This document shows, in pieces, positions 1 through 12,422 of a stretch of DNA of 49,915 bases. The notes beneath the pieces are model-generated. The model had not been told where the DNA came from. It was given only the letters and a program-made list of their open reading frames with translations, and did no database searches. Every line of letters begins with the position of its first letter. Positions within the stretch are counted from its first letter, which is position 1. The position numbers and the translations under genes were made by a program. The stretch covers positions 1 to 49,915 of the forward strand of contig MCFE01000649.1 of NCBI GenBank assembly GCA_002104905.1, given 5' to 3'. Source of the stretch: Basidiobolus meristosporus CBS 931.73. Lineage: Eukaryota; Fungi; Basidiobolomycota.

Positions 1-264
1 GTGCCATGGGTATTGAGTACCTGATGCATGTCTTCAGTTCTTCTGTGCTCCTACACATCCTGCACAACATTGATCCACAAAAAAACGTCAAAAAATGGAT
101 TTTCTCCTGCATCATAGGTGAAACACAGGGGCTGCTTTGCATGAAGATACAGATCTATGTTTCACACTCTGTGGCCAAGTATAGGTTCACTTGGCCTCTC
201 TGGCACACTATGGCATCATTTGGCACTCATGGCTTAATGTGGCACTATCCAATGGAACTAGTCT
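1..264. mobile_element. Right arm of a foldback MITE (same family as 9145-9878), cut by window start
   Basis: Aligns with 9615-9878; ends ...GGAACTAGTCT (TIR variant of GGAACAAGTCT) followed by AAT (ANT-type TSD). Confidence 0.9.
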
Positions 265-267
265 AAT

Positions 268-805
268 AGCTACAAAGACATAAAAGTATCTTTGCCTGTA
301 CAGCAACAAGCTAGGGAAAGAATCAAATATAATAAAAGATACCTACTCTGAGTATTCCTCACAAGTAGTGTCTCCAAGGTCAGTTGGCAAATCATAGTGT
401 TCAAGAAGGTTATGGTGGTTAAAATAGATATCTCAATGACTTCAGAATGAGCTAAGAAAGTTCTAAGTGAGTGCCAGAAGGTTCTAAGTGGCACAGCACA
501 CCCAACCAATGAGGAATCAGTATTCTGAAGCCTGTGCAACATAGGGATATGATTTATGGTATGAAAATGGTAGGGATGGTGACAAAGTTTGGTCATGCAT
601 CATGGTTGCTGGTTCAGATACCTGCTTAATATAGAAGCACTTACATCAAGTAATCTTGCATAAAGTGAGGGATAACTTACGCAATGAGGTAGGCAGGTGT
701 GATGGTCAGCTGGCTTATGGGATAGTACTGATCAAGTAAGACAAATAGGATAAAATCAAAATAATGGTAGTAGACAAATAGGGAAGTAGAAAATATGTGA
801 ATGAG
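268..805 (-). mobile_element. Gypsy LTR fragment
   Basis: Shares TACCTACTCTGAGTATTCCTCACAAG...CCAAGGTCAGTTGGC and downstream blocks with 14740-15551 and with the Gypsy LTR at 40393-41337. Confidence 0.75.
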
Positions 806-1092
806 CTAATCTGTTGGCAATAATCTAGTTGTTCTCTAGTGGTAGTCATATCTGCCCAGAGTGCATGATGCAGTTGCCGTGGCCACAGTGCTACATTATT
901 CTGACAGGTCTTGACTAGAGTGTTTACCAGTAGTCCATCAACGCTCTCTACCATTCCATTGGCTTGTGGATGGTAAGCTGTAGTAAGAGCAATGTGTTTC
1001 TTGTACTTTGTGCATAATTCCTGAATTTGCTTGAATGTCATTTCTCTTTGGTCAGCAAGAAACTGTTCAATTTAGCCAAATCTGCAGATACT
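806..1092 (-). pseudogene. Gypsy integrase core fragment
   Basis: TTAYHPQANGMVE...LWADMTTT motif; aligns with the integrase at 41630-42388; interrupted by the DNA transposon starting at 1093. Confidence 0.85.
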
Positions 1093-1275
1093 AGACTTGT
1101 TCCGTTGGATAGTGTCACATAGTGCCAGCCTGTTTATGGTGCCGGATTGATCTGGCACTCTACAGCACCATCTGGCACTATAATTTCTACCATGATGCCA
1201 GTGGTATGATACAGTTACTGGTAATTTTACCCAATCTTACTTATGTTGCTCAGAATAGTGCTTTCCTTGCTTTAT

Positions 1276-2160
1276 TTACTCTTCATAATGCTCCAGACAC
1301 ATTTCTCTCAGTGGATGTCTTCTTGTATCAACATACTGTGCATTAATAAGTATCTTAACTATTTTACCTATTCTGCTGTTTTCTCCTATATATGACTTTC
1401 CTCTGTATTTACCTGCCAATATGCTGAATCTCTTCAGATATCCAAATGTGTGCTCTACCCTCACTCTGAAATGATTAGATATCTCATTGTAGAGCTTCTG
1501 CTTCCTGCCAAGCACACCATTCCTTGGCTTCCTATAAGCTGTAATACATCCTAATCTCTGACAATCCTCTCCTATATAGGCCAAGTCTGCCATAAATTTC
1601 TCCCCTCTACTGAATTTGGGATGATTCTCTACTCAGAGTGCTTTGTCATGCCTACTTCCAGCAAATGGCCCACTAAACCAGATGATGTTACCCTCAATGT
1701 CAGACAGTGCTTGAAACTTTACACAGGGTGCCTTGTACTTGCCAGAATAAAAGTGCCTCTGCCTTCTAGAAGGTCTTTTAATCCTCACTGGGAAGGTATC
1801 TAAAATACTCCTGATATGGAACCTGTTTCTGAACACTCTGGGATATGGAAGTCTATTGGAGCCTCTGAACCTAGTATTCCAAGCTTGCTCTAAGTCATTC
1901 ATACCCTCTGCAAGGTGGTTCTCCATTGCTGTCAGCTGGGAATGAAAGCTTCTAGGACTTTTGTTGCCATGGATGGTGGGATGAAACCTTGTAGGGCAAT
2001 AGTTCTTGTAATAGCAGAGAAGCTTGACAAGGGATCTCCTTGAGTAGATTGGGGTTGATGGTCCACAGTACTTGGAATAGATCTCCTCTAGTGTTTCAAA
2101 AGGAAATCCAGTGGAAGTGATGGGATTGATGAGAAAAGACCATTCAGATGAGTAAGTCAT
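1276..2160 (-). pseudogene. Harbinger/IS5-like DDE transposase (~294 aa) with one internal stop
   Basis: Track ORFs 1633-2202 and 1276-1593 are in the same frame; motifs ILDTFPV, SGPFAGSRHD, MADLAYIG, RVRVEHTFG; TGA at 1633-1635 where copy 2 has TGG. Confidence 0.9.
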
Positions 2161-2518
2161 ATTAAAATTGGTGGATGATTGTATAAAGGCGGTTTGAATC
2201 AATTTGGCATGATTCGCATTATTTATCTGATTTTAATACATTATGGTTAAATCTCCATCAATTGCCATGTATCCCATCATTATGTCGCAAAAATCATCTG
2301 CAAACAATGCCTTGGTACTTTTATTGATGCTTTAACTGTAGGTCTATAATCAAATAGGAAATGTGCATTTGATGTGATCTGATCTGTGTCAACGCAATCC
2401 AAGATGCATCATGCATAATATATGGAAAATTCAAAAATCACATTAGTTTTCATATATATTTCATATAAGACCAGGTTGATGCCAATATACTGCTGTATAA
2501 GTATCCAAATCTGTTGCT

Positions 2519-3766
2519 ATGGTCCCCATACCAAGCCTCAACTCATCTTTTGTACAACCCAGACAAAACCCATCCCCCAGCTCACAGGCGTGGTCCAGAC
2601 CAGAAAAATCAATGTTGGATCCGTTTGAGTTCTTGCCAAATGACTTGAGTATGGCCCAAGTGTCTATGATAAGTCTTCATACAGATATTTGGGCACTACT
2701 GATTAATCTAGCAAAACTAGATACCTCAGAGAGTTGACAAAGATGGAAGAGTTTGAGTAGAAAGCTGTGGCATGAGTTCTACATCAAGATGCCAGCCAAT
2801 GTATGTAAAAAGAAATTTAACAAGACAAGCATTGAAATCAAGAATGAGCTGAGAGTGAGGGGATTTGACAAAGAAGCCACGCAGGAGCAATTTTGCGTGC
2901 AATTTGCACAGTACAGGCTGGACGTGTCCGTTTGTGCCTCAACTTTGGGAACCACAGAGATTTTGAATGAGTTTTTGCCTCAAATGACTAATATACAATG
3001 TGATATATTAGTAGAGCTAAGTGGCTTCCGAGAGCAATATACACAGGACTCATCCAGGCAACAGCTCCAAAGTATCAGACAGAGGGTAAGTGAATACCTT
3101 GAGGAATCTGATGGTGAGCTTCAGGAGGAAGAATACAGACCGCAAGCAACATCGTCCAGATTGCGCCAGCACGCCTTGCTGGATTCCCTACCATCTCTTG
3201 CAACCACAGCGCGCTGGCGCACGTCAGTCCAGAGTACGCCAACACCCTTTACCAGAATGCCTCGCATTGAGTCAACGCACGTTGGGTCAATGCGCGCGCT
3301 TCAGAGCAAAACTACAAGAACTTGCCAAACTGCTCATTTTGACACAAGTCCATTGGAGCAGACCAAGTTGCGTCAACTTGCAGCATCACATCAAACTCAG
3401 CCAAGGGCCATCTCAACGTGTCAGGGCGCGCCTGCGCGTGCCGTTTTGCCTGACCATCAGCAAGTTACTTCTGGTGAACTGACTGATGATGACCAACATG
3501 AAGTGCCTCAACCACCGGAGCCCTTGGCAAGTAAAAGAACATGTCAGCGCGTAGCACTACAGGCCGGTTCAGTTGGTTCAGTTGGAGCAATTCAGCACAA
3601 CCAAGCTGTAGCATTGCACTCATCAACTAGGAGGCAAAATACTGACTACAAATACACAAGTAGCCAAGATGATAGTCAGCCAGGAAGTAGTATAGGTGTG
3701 CAAAGTGAGTCCCTACCAAATGCTTCAGTAGTAATCCCTGTGAGAAAAAAACCCAGGAGAAGATAA
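2519..3766 (+). pseudogene. PHIS ORF2 accessory protein, copy 1 (stop at 2735-2737)
   Basis: Colinear with the 415-aa ORF at 11175-12422; TGA here versus CAA in copy 2. Confidence 0.85.
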
Positions 3767-4509
3767 TGCGATTGCTTGGAATTGCTCAAATTTGTAATGA
3801 TTCTGACAACCCATTTTTTTTGCAATCCAAATCAAGCCATCGCAAATCAGTGATCATCAAATTCTTGATATAAGTTATATCAAGGTCATCTCACATTTGA
3901 GACAGAACCCCTATAAATAAACACCCTGCATATATATACGTCATCTGTAATACCAGTGCAGCAATTGGATCTGTTTTGTACCTACACAATTGCTTGCATG
4001 CTGGCTATGACACCTTGTCCAATCACTAGGATCAGGGATTTACATGCTCAATGAGCAAAATGGGATATTTGATGGCAAATCAGGTAGCTTTTTTAGTAGT
4101 CAATGAGCCAATTGGGGGCTGCCAGCTTCAGGATACTTTTGGACCAATTAACCACTGAGATACCGTCCAATTGGAGTGAGGGTAACCAAAATGGTAAGTA
4201 TCAGTGTAGCTTATAGTATGATACACATTTATTTCCATTTACATTAAAGAAACATATCCAAATACCGGATTTTACCTGCCATAATAGCGGTATCTGATTG
4301 CGCACGTGATGCAAACATTACGAGTTGGTGCAATCATCCGTGCCAACCTCATCGTGTCAGATTGTGCCATAGTGTGCAAGATTGTCCCGCATAGTGCAAA
4401 ATTGTCCAAGAACAATTTTTCCTTCTGGTAGCTATAATATTGCGTCCAATTGTTCTTTACAACCGCGGATTGTGCCGCATGCCCTGGCATGGTACAATAG
4501 AACAAGTCT

Positions 4510-5030
4510 AATATCTTAAGTCCAGGCTTCATGCATTTAAAGAGAAAGTCATTGTTGAGATAGTATTGGTGAACCTTCTTTCTTGGTTTCCTGAGCTCAT
4601 AAGGTTCCATACAGCTGGGTTTCTTGAGTGTCCTTAGATACTGAATGACCAAGCTCCAGGGAGTCCTATCTTGGCCTTAATAGCAATTGGCCATATCTTT
4701 GCATGAATCACATTGTCAAAGTGGGGGTCCAACTGCTCAAATAATTGTGGTCCATTTGTGGATAGTGCATCAGCCACAACATTTGTCTTGCCAGGGAAAT
4801 ATCTGACCTCAAAGTCAAACATCTTCAACCATGCCATCCATCAGTTGGTGGCATCATCAGGTAAGTCAGGCTTATTGATCACACCTATAAGTGACTTGGC
4901 ATCTGTCTCCAGGATGAATTGTATCATGTAGAGCTGTGATTTCAGCTTCTTTAGTACCTTCACAACACCAAGCAGTTCTCTTATTCTGAGAGAACCTTTG
5001 TTCTCTAGGAGAGAGAAGGCAGCTCTCATA
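4510..5030 (-). pseudogene. Gypsy RNase H / linker fragment
   Basis: ILETDAKSLIG, AWLKMFDFEVRYFPGKTNVVADALS; aligns with 42496-43047. Confidence 0.85.
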
Positions 5031-5299
5031 CCCTATGAGAGATATTTTGGTCCCACAGGTGGATCCTATCCAAATCAGCCATAAGGATCCCATTCAGAGC
5101 CCATCATAATACCAGCAGCTTGGAATTAGTGACCCACTTAACAATCTTATGATGGAATCATGTCAGTGTTTTGCTAATTATACTCTCAAATAAAGTTATA
5201 AAACTTGATGGGGTTTGATTGGTGCTGTGACAATAATTGCATGGCATATTTGTGGTCTTAATGTGCTCTACAACTATTTTAAATGGATCTAACTGGCCT

Positions 5300-8014
5300 G
5301 GACATCCAATTTTCTTATAAGGCCAAAATCTTGATGGTATTTGGATGGCTTCACAGCAAGACTCTGATGGCATTATAATGGCAGTAAAGCAGCCTACAGC
5401 TAGTTATGTATAATGCTACCATACCAAATTACCAAACGGTATTTCCTTTTTCTACCTCCCTGTGTGCAATTCATATATTCCACAGTAGAGTCACCATATT
5501 GTATTTGCTTACCCACAACTACCTTGGGTATTCCACATATAGTTTGAATCCAAAAAAGTCTAAGGCCTCCTGCTTACTAACCTGTACAAACACATACACC
5601 TGCTGCAATTGACATACTTCTATTGCCTCAACTTTACAGCTTTTTAGTGTGATATTTGCACAGTTGCCATATACCTTGACTGATGGCAACATAAATATCT
5701 TGCAAACATATGCTTTGTTGTCATCACTTCTGCCATGAATACCTCCTGAATATCCACAAAGAACTTCTTGGTACTTGGCCAATATATTCCCTCTCCTTGC
5801 TGAGTTCTAGTTCCTCTGATAGGTGAACTCCGGCTCTTGTTTACATGAATGTCATATTGAATGGTGTGGAAGTTGGCTTGTGACCATGAGTAATCTGGCA
5901 TATCTTGGTAGGGTTTTCCTAGTAAAAATTAGTTGCTTGGTGTACCCAACCCTACTTTGCACTACTTAACTGGTTACCCATGCATTAGGGCTGCTTAGCT
6001 TCTTAATGCCAGAAGCATAGGTGTCTCCACGTGCACATCTGGCCTCTGTATTTTCCAACTCTTCCTGGCTGTCCTCCATGTGCCAACTCATCACATCCAT
6101 GAAGGACTTGCAGGTAATATTCTGGAGAGGATTGGGATATGGTAGTACCTGCAACTTGACTTGTGTTCCTATCTCCCCATACATTTACTACATAGGAAAC
6201 TCCCAAAAGGTGAAGCAAGACCCAATACTTGCCACACATCATGCAAGGTGGAATAGAGAATGGATGCAGTAGCAGCAGAGATCTATGCATTCAGCATTAT
6301 GATTGTAGTATAGCTGCTCAAGTCCTGTTAGAAACTCCTTGCACAACAGCTGTCAATGCCTCAAGTTGGCATGGGTGATCAGCTTCTGGATAAATACTCC
6401 TGCAATGCCCCATATGACTCCCAATGCTTCCAATGTACACTTGGTATGAATGGCTTGAGAATGTTACTTGAATAAATACATGTTCATTTCATCCAGTCCT
6501 TGCACTTGTATTGTTGCATATGCTTATGAGTGCTGATTAGAGCCTGTGAGAAGTACTTAGGGTGGCAGATACTCTGTAATATCTTGCCAATTCTTTCAAG
6601 TTTCTCTGGTATCTTGAAGGGCTGATTTTGCATGGAATGTCCCATATACAACTTGGTCATCATTTGTAGGGATATTGCTGAAAAGCAAATTCAATGCTCC
6701 CAGCTCAAAGCTTTTGCTCAAACAGATACTCTCTTGCTTAAGTATCTCTGGTTTCCAATTTATTCCATATTCTGGTCAATGGCTTATAGCTTACCTACTT
6801 TGCTGCAATTGCATGTTGACTTCTGTATGCTCTCTCTGTGGGAAGATGATACTTTTAGTGCTGGAGTTTATAGTAAATCCCCTGGATCTCACACATTTGA
6901 CAGCAATACTGTCTATTGGGACTGGAAGAACCTGCTATCTTGCTGATGGCTGGGGCATCTCCAATGCCAATAATAATATGTACATTTACATTACAACCAT
7001 TTACTGTAATCCTGCTGGAAAGCATACAAAACTCATCCAGCAATGAATACAGGTAGCTATCCAGGTTGGACAGTGATTTAGGCCCAGATAACAGTGAGAC
7101 TACCATCAGATTATTGCTCTGATACTGTAAGATGGGCGGCATATTCAGATTGATGAGAATCAGTGGACAGCAGGATTTGCTGGTGGAGTACTTCTTTAAT
7201 TAGACTTCTTCAGGTGCTAAGGCAAAGGCATGGTCATAAATACCTTCAAAGTAGCCATTACTTCTTAGCTGTTTGTAATGTTTGCCATCAAATATATTGG
7301 AAATATTTATGCTCTATTGATACTGAGTGCAGTACTGTATAGTGTTGCAATATTTATTGGACTGCATTAGCTTCTTCAGATGGGATATTACCGGAATACA
7401 TCCAGAGTGTGAACAATGTTTTCCTTCAATAGTGGTGGATTCCTGACAATTTGGGCAAGTTGCAATGGTAGTATTTTTCAATGTGAATGCCATGCAACTG
7501 TTAACACATGCTGGAATCAGGACAGCCTCTGAGTCATATGTTGCCAACTGCATGACGGTTGTCCACTTGTACCATTTACATGGTAAGTTGCGTTGTGCAA
7601 CGATTTTAGCAAGAAGTATTTTTGAATTCTCAATGCCCCCATTACTGTATTAGTGGAAATGTGTCACTTCTGTAGCCACAACATTACTTCATTCACTAGT
7701 AGATGGATTACTGGGCTCACTTGGCTCCATAAAGTATCCTTAGCACTTGTTTCAGCAGGTGTTGTCTCATTGCATATTGGGATTTGAGCAGGCTCATATG
7801 TGATACTGTTGTTTTGGGAGATAGGCTCACAATCCATCATTGAACCTTCTTCATCAGAGCTATCACTCTGCATGCCATATTCAGAAGGCTCAGGTGAGCC
7901 TAAAGGCATCACAAATTCATCTGACTTGGTTTGTGCAAGGTGACAAAGATGGCAAGGTGCCAATATAGAAGTATCAACTGGCCAGCAAGATATTATTGGT
8001 TCAGTAGTAACCAA
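5300..8014 (-). pseudogene. Degenerate EnSpm/CACTA-type transposase (ends approximate)
   Basis: CVNSCMAFT...CPNC (7314-7553) and NLMVVSLLSGPKSLSNLDSYLYSLLDEF...IGDAPAISKIAG...CCQMCEIQG (6855-7142) match CACTA Tnp2 motifs; many stops and frameshifts. Confidence 0.8.
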
Positions 8015-9144
8015 TGAATGGTCAAATATGACATGTGTGGCAAAACACTGGCCACAATTCTTGTAATACTTCCTATGCTGTCACCATGCTTTATGTCTGA
8101 GAGGCTTGCTATAATAGCCACATGGCCTTTTTTCTCTTTTCTTATGGCATTGAATCATAGTAGTCTTGTTCATGGGGCAAACAGTTTGACCTTAAACAAC
8201 ATTACACTATAATATCACTTTTTGGTCAATAATCATGTGAACTTAAGACAGTCATGTATTTGAGACATTGCACCTATATGAATGTAAGATTCAATGATGA
8301 CCCGCCATAGTAAGCATTATAAATAAAGCTGTGGTACCACAGACATGTATATGTAACACTATCTCCCCCTTGGTTTGACTCACTTCCATATATAGGCTGC
8401 CAAAAAATAAAGCAAAGTTGTCTGGTTCTGAACCAAACCCCACTGCTGATGGCAACAGAAGAACAGTTGGATAACAGCTTGCCTTGACATTCAGTGCAAC
8501 TAGCAGGGTAACATCTAAAAAAGGCTTTGTTAATAGTGTGCTCACAGAAGGTAATAATATGGACTCCTCAGGCTCTTGGTCAAGCAGGCAATGAGAACCT
8601 CTGTGGCACCACAAGCTGCCTGTTATGCTCAGGCAGATGAGATTTTGCCAAATGCAGTACCCTCAGTTGAAAACCAGCAAGTAGCCATCATAATATTACT
8701 ATCATCCATATCAGCAGGAATGTTGTCAGCCCACACCAAAGTATTAATGAAGCAATTTGGTGTAGGGCTAATAGACTAGATGCAATGACCCAGAGAAATT
8801 AGGAAATAGTCCTGAAGTAGGATGAGAGGATAATATGTGTAGAGCAATTAATATCCCAGGTAGAGAAAGCAGCATCTTTGCTGCAAAGAAGGAACTCAAG
8901 TAGCTCAATCTTATAGCCATGAATTGAGTCATTTCTCAATGTAACAGCAGAGGAACACCATACAGTCTTTGAAACACAACAACAGTACCCAAAGATAAAG
9001 CCTACATAATAGACTTGTTTGGTTGGATAGTGCCACATAGTGCCAGCCTGTTTATGGTGCTGGATTGATCTGGCACTCTACGGCACTATCTGGCACTATA
9101 ATATCTACCATGATGCCTGTGGTATGATACAGTTACTGGTAATT

Positions 9145-9878
9145 AGACTTGTTCCGTTGGATAGTGCCACATTGAGCCATGAGTGCCAAATGATGCCATA
9201 GTGTGCCAGAGAGGCCAAGTGAGCATATACTTGGCCACAGAGTGTGAAACATGGATCTGCATCTTCATGCAAAGCAGCCCCTGTGTTTCACCTCTGATGC
9301 AGGAGAAAATCCATTTTTTGATGTTTTTTTGTGGATCAATGTAATGCAGGATGTGCAAGAGCACAGAAGAACTGAAGACATGCATTTGGTACTCAATACC
9401 CATGGCACTCTGAATCTAGCTCCTGTGGCTTGTAACATGTCACAACAATGCATGGCACTATCTTGGTCCACTGGTACTATCTAGCACTATATTTAATTAT
9501 TAACCCTAAAGTAAGATCTATACAAAGCACTTATAGTGCCAGATAGTACCAGTGGACCAAGATAGTGCCATGTATTGTTGTGACATGTTACAAGCCACAG
9601 GAGCTAGATTCAGAGTGCCATGGGTATTGAGTACCAAATGCATATTTTCAATCCTTTTGTGCTCTTACACATCCTGCACAACATTGACCTAAAAAAAAAG
9701 GTCAGAAAATGGATTTTCTCCAACAAAATTGGTGAAACACAGGGGGTGCTTTGCATGAAGATGCTGATCTATGATTCACACTCTGTGGCCAAGTATAGGC
9801 TCACTTAGCCTCCCTGGCACACTATGGCATCATTTGGCACTCATGGCTCAATGTGGCACTATCCAACGGAACAAGTCT
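9145..9878. mobile_element. Foldback MITE, 734 bp: two 347-bp inverted arms and a 40-bp spacer
   Basis: ATT TSD (9142-9144 / 9879-9881) at a site that reads GGTAATTTTACC unoccupied in copy 1; arms 9145-9491 and 9532-9878; first 28 nt match the parent's left end. Confidence 0.93.
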
Positions 9879-9930
9879 ATTTTACTCAATCTTACTTATG
9901 TTGCTCAGAATAGTGCTTTCCTTGCTTTAT

Positions 9931-10815
9931 TTACCCTTCATAATGCTCCAGGCACATTTCTCTCAGTGGATGTCTTCTTGCATGAACATACTGTGCATTA
10001 ATAAGTATCTTAGCTATTTTACCTATTCTGCTGTTTTCTCCTATATATGACTTTCCTCTGTATTTACCTGCCAATATGCTGAATCTCTTCAGATATCCAA
10101 ATGTGTGCTCTACCCTTACTCTGAAATGATTAAATATCTCATTGTAGAGCTTCTGCTTCCTGCTAAGTACACCATTCCTTGGCTTCCTATAAGCTGTAAT
10201 GCATCCTAATCTCTGACAATCCTCTCCTATATAAGCTAAGTCTGCCATACATTTCTCCCCTCTACTGAATTCAGGATGATTCTCTACCCAGAGTGCTTTG
10301 TCATGCCTGCTTCCAGCAAATGGCCCACTAAACTAGATGATGTTACCCTCAATGTCAGACAGTGCTTGAAACTTCACACAGTGTGCCTTGTACATGCCAG
10401 AATAAAAGTGCCTCTGCCCTCTAGAAGGTCTGTTAATCCTCACTGGGAAGGTATCCAAAACACTCCTGATATGGAACCTGTTGCTGAACACTCTGGGATA
10501 TGGAAGTCTCTTGGAGCTTCTGAACCTAGTATTCCAAGCTTGCTCTAAGTCATTCATACCCTCTGCAAGGTGGTTCTCCATTGCTGTCAGCTGGGAATGA
10601 AAGATTCTAGGACTTTTGTTGCCATGGATGGTGGGATGAAACCTTGTAGAGCAATAGTTCTTGTAATAGCAGAGAAGCTTGACAAGGGATCTCCTTGAGT
10701 AGATTGGGGTTGATGGTCCACAGTACTTGGAATAAATCTCCTCTAGTGTGTCAAACAGAAATCCAGTGGTAGTGATGGGATTGATGAGAAAAGACCATTC
10801 AGATGAGTAAGTCAT
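9931..10815 (-). pseudogene. PHIS DDE transposase, copy 2, with one internal stop
   Basis: Same motifs as copy 1; TAG at 10333-10335 where copy 1 has TGG. Confidence 0.9.
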
Positions 10816-11174
10816 ATTAAAATTGGTGGATGATTGTATTAAGGCAGTTTGAATTGATTTGGCGCAATCCGCCTTATTTATCTGATTTTTAATACATTAT
10901 GGTTAAATCTCCATCAATTGCCATGTATCCCATCATTATGTCGCAAAAATTATCTGCAAACAATGCCTTGGTACTTTTATTGATGATTTAATCATAGGTC
11001 TATAATCAAATAGGAAATCTGCAATTGAAGTGATCTGATCTGTATCAACGCAATCCAAGATGCATTGTGCATAATATATGGAAAATTCAACAATCACATT
11101 AGCTTTCATATTTATTTCATATAAGACCAGGTTGATGCCAATATACTGCTGTATAAGTATCCAAATCTGTTGCT

Positions 11175-12422
11175 ATGGGCCCCATACCAAGCCTCCACTC
11201 ATCTTTAGTACAACCCAGACAAAACCCATCCCCCAGCTCACAAGTGCGGTCCGGACCGGAAAAGCTGATGTTGGATCTGTTTGAGTTCTTGCCAAATGAT
11301 TTCAGTATGGCCCAAGTGACTATGATGAGCCTTCATACAGATATTTGGGCACTACTGATTAATCTAGCAGAACTAAATACCTCAGAGAGTCAACAAAGAT
11401 GCAAGAATCTGAGTAGAAAGCTGTGGCATGAGTTCTACATCAAGATACCAGCCGATGTATGTAAAAAGATATATAACAAGACAAGTATTGAAGTCAAGAA
11501 TGAGCTGAGAGTGAGGGGATTTGACAAAGAAGCCGCGCGGGAGCAATTTTGCGTGCAATTTGCTCAGTATGGGCCGGACGCGTCCATTTGTGCCTCAACT
11601 TTGGGAACCAAAGAGATTTTGAATGAGTTTTTGCCTCAAATGACTAATGTACTACGTGATATATTAGTAGAGCTAAGTGGCTTCCAAGAGCAATATACAC
11701 AGGACTCATCCAGGCAACAGCTCCAAAGTATCAGACAGAGGGTAAGTGAATACCTTGAGGAATCAGATGGTGAGCTTCAGGAGGAAGCATACAGACCGCT
11801 AGCAACATCATCCAGATTGCGCCAGCACGCCTTGCTGGATTCCCTACCATCTCTTGCAACCACAGCGCGCCGGCGCACATCAGTCCAGAGTACGCCAACA
11901 CCCTTTACCAGAACACCCCACATTGAGTCAACGCGCGTTGGGTCAACGCGTGTGCTTCAGAGCAAAACTATGAGAACTTGCCAAACTGCTCATTTAGACA
12001 CAAGCCCATTGGAGCGGACCAAGTTGCGTCAACTTGCAGCATCACATCAAACTCAGCCAAGGGCCATCTCAACGCGTCAAGGCGTGCCTGCACGTGCTGT
12101 TTTGCCTGACCATCAGCAAGTTACTTCTGGTGAACTGACTGATGATGACCAACATGAAGTGCCTCAACCACCGGAGCCCTTGGCAAGTAAAAGAACGCGT
12201 CAGCGCGTGGCACTACAGGCCGGTTCAGTTGGTTCAGTTGGAGCAATTCAGCGCGGCCAAGCTGTAGCATTGCACTCATCAACTAGGAGGCAAAACACTG
12301 ACTACAAATACACAAGTAGCCAAGATGATAGTCAGCCAGGAAGTAGTATAGGTGTGCAAAGTGAGTCACTACCAAATGCTTCAGTAGTAATCCCTGTGAG
12401 AAAAAAACCCAGGAGAAGATGA
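11175..12422 (+). CDS. PHIS ORF2, 415 aa, SAP-like segment, disordered S/T/Q/R tail, C-terminal basic NLS-like RKKPRRR
   Basis: Uninterrupted ORF inside the transposon, conserved in copy 1; TSIEVKNELRVRGFDKEAAREQFCVQF resembles a SAP motif. Confidence 0.75.
   Translation: MGPIPSLHSSLVQPRQNPSPSSQVRSGPEKLMLDLFEFLPNDFSMAQVTMMSLHTDIWALLINLAELNTSESQQRCKNLSRKLWHEFYIKIPADVCKKIYNKTSIEVKNELRVRGFDKEAAREQFCVQFAQYGPDASICASTLGTKEILNEFLPQMTNVLRDILVELSGFQEQYTQDSSRQQLQSIRQRVSEYLEESDGELQEEAYRPLATSSRLRQHALLDSLPSLATTARRRTSVQSTPTPFTRTPHIESTRVGSTRVLQSKTMRTCQTAHLDTSPLERTKLRQLAASHQTQPRAISTRQGVPARAVLPDHQQVTSGELTDDDQHEVPQPPEPLASKRTRQRVALQAGSVGSVGAIQRGQAVALHSSTRRQNTDYKYTSSQDDSQPGSSIGVQSESLPNASVVIPVRKKPRRR

Larger units (their letters stand above)
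1093..4509. mobile_element. PHIS-superfamily (Pangu-like) DNA transposon, copy 1, 3417 bp, two divergent ORFs
   Basis: TIRs AGACTTGTTCCGTTG / CAATAGAACAAGTCT; flanks ACT and AAT; DDE_Tnp_4-type transposase on minus, second ORF on plus; Gypsy sequence resumes on both sides. Confidence 0.9.

Noticed and set aside
6-266. Repeated MGIEY... ORFs (6-266, 9143-9403, 9620-9808) as a small gene family
   Set aside because: They are readings of the inverted MITE arms; one is cut by a stop and no domain is recognisable.
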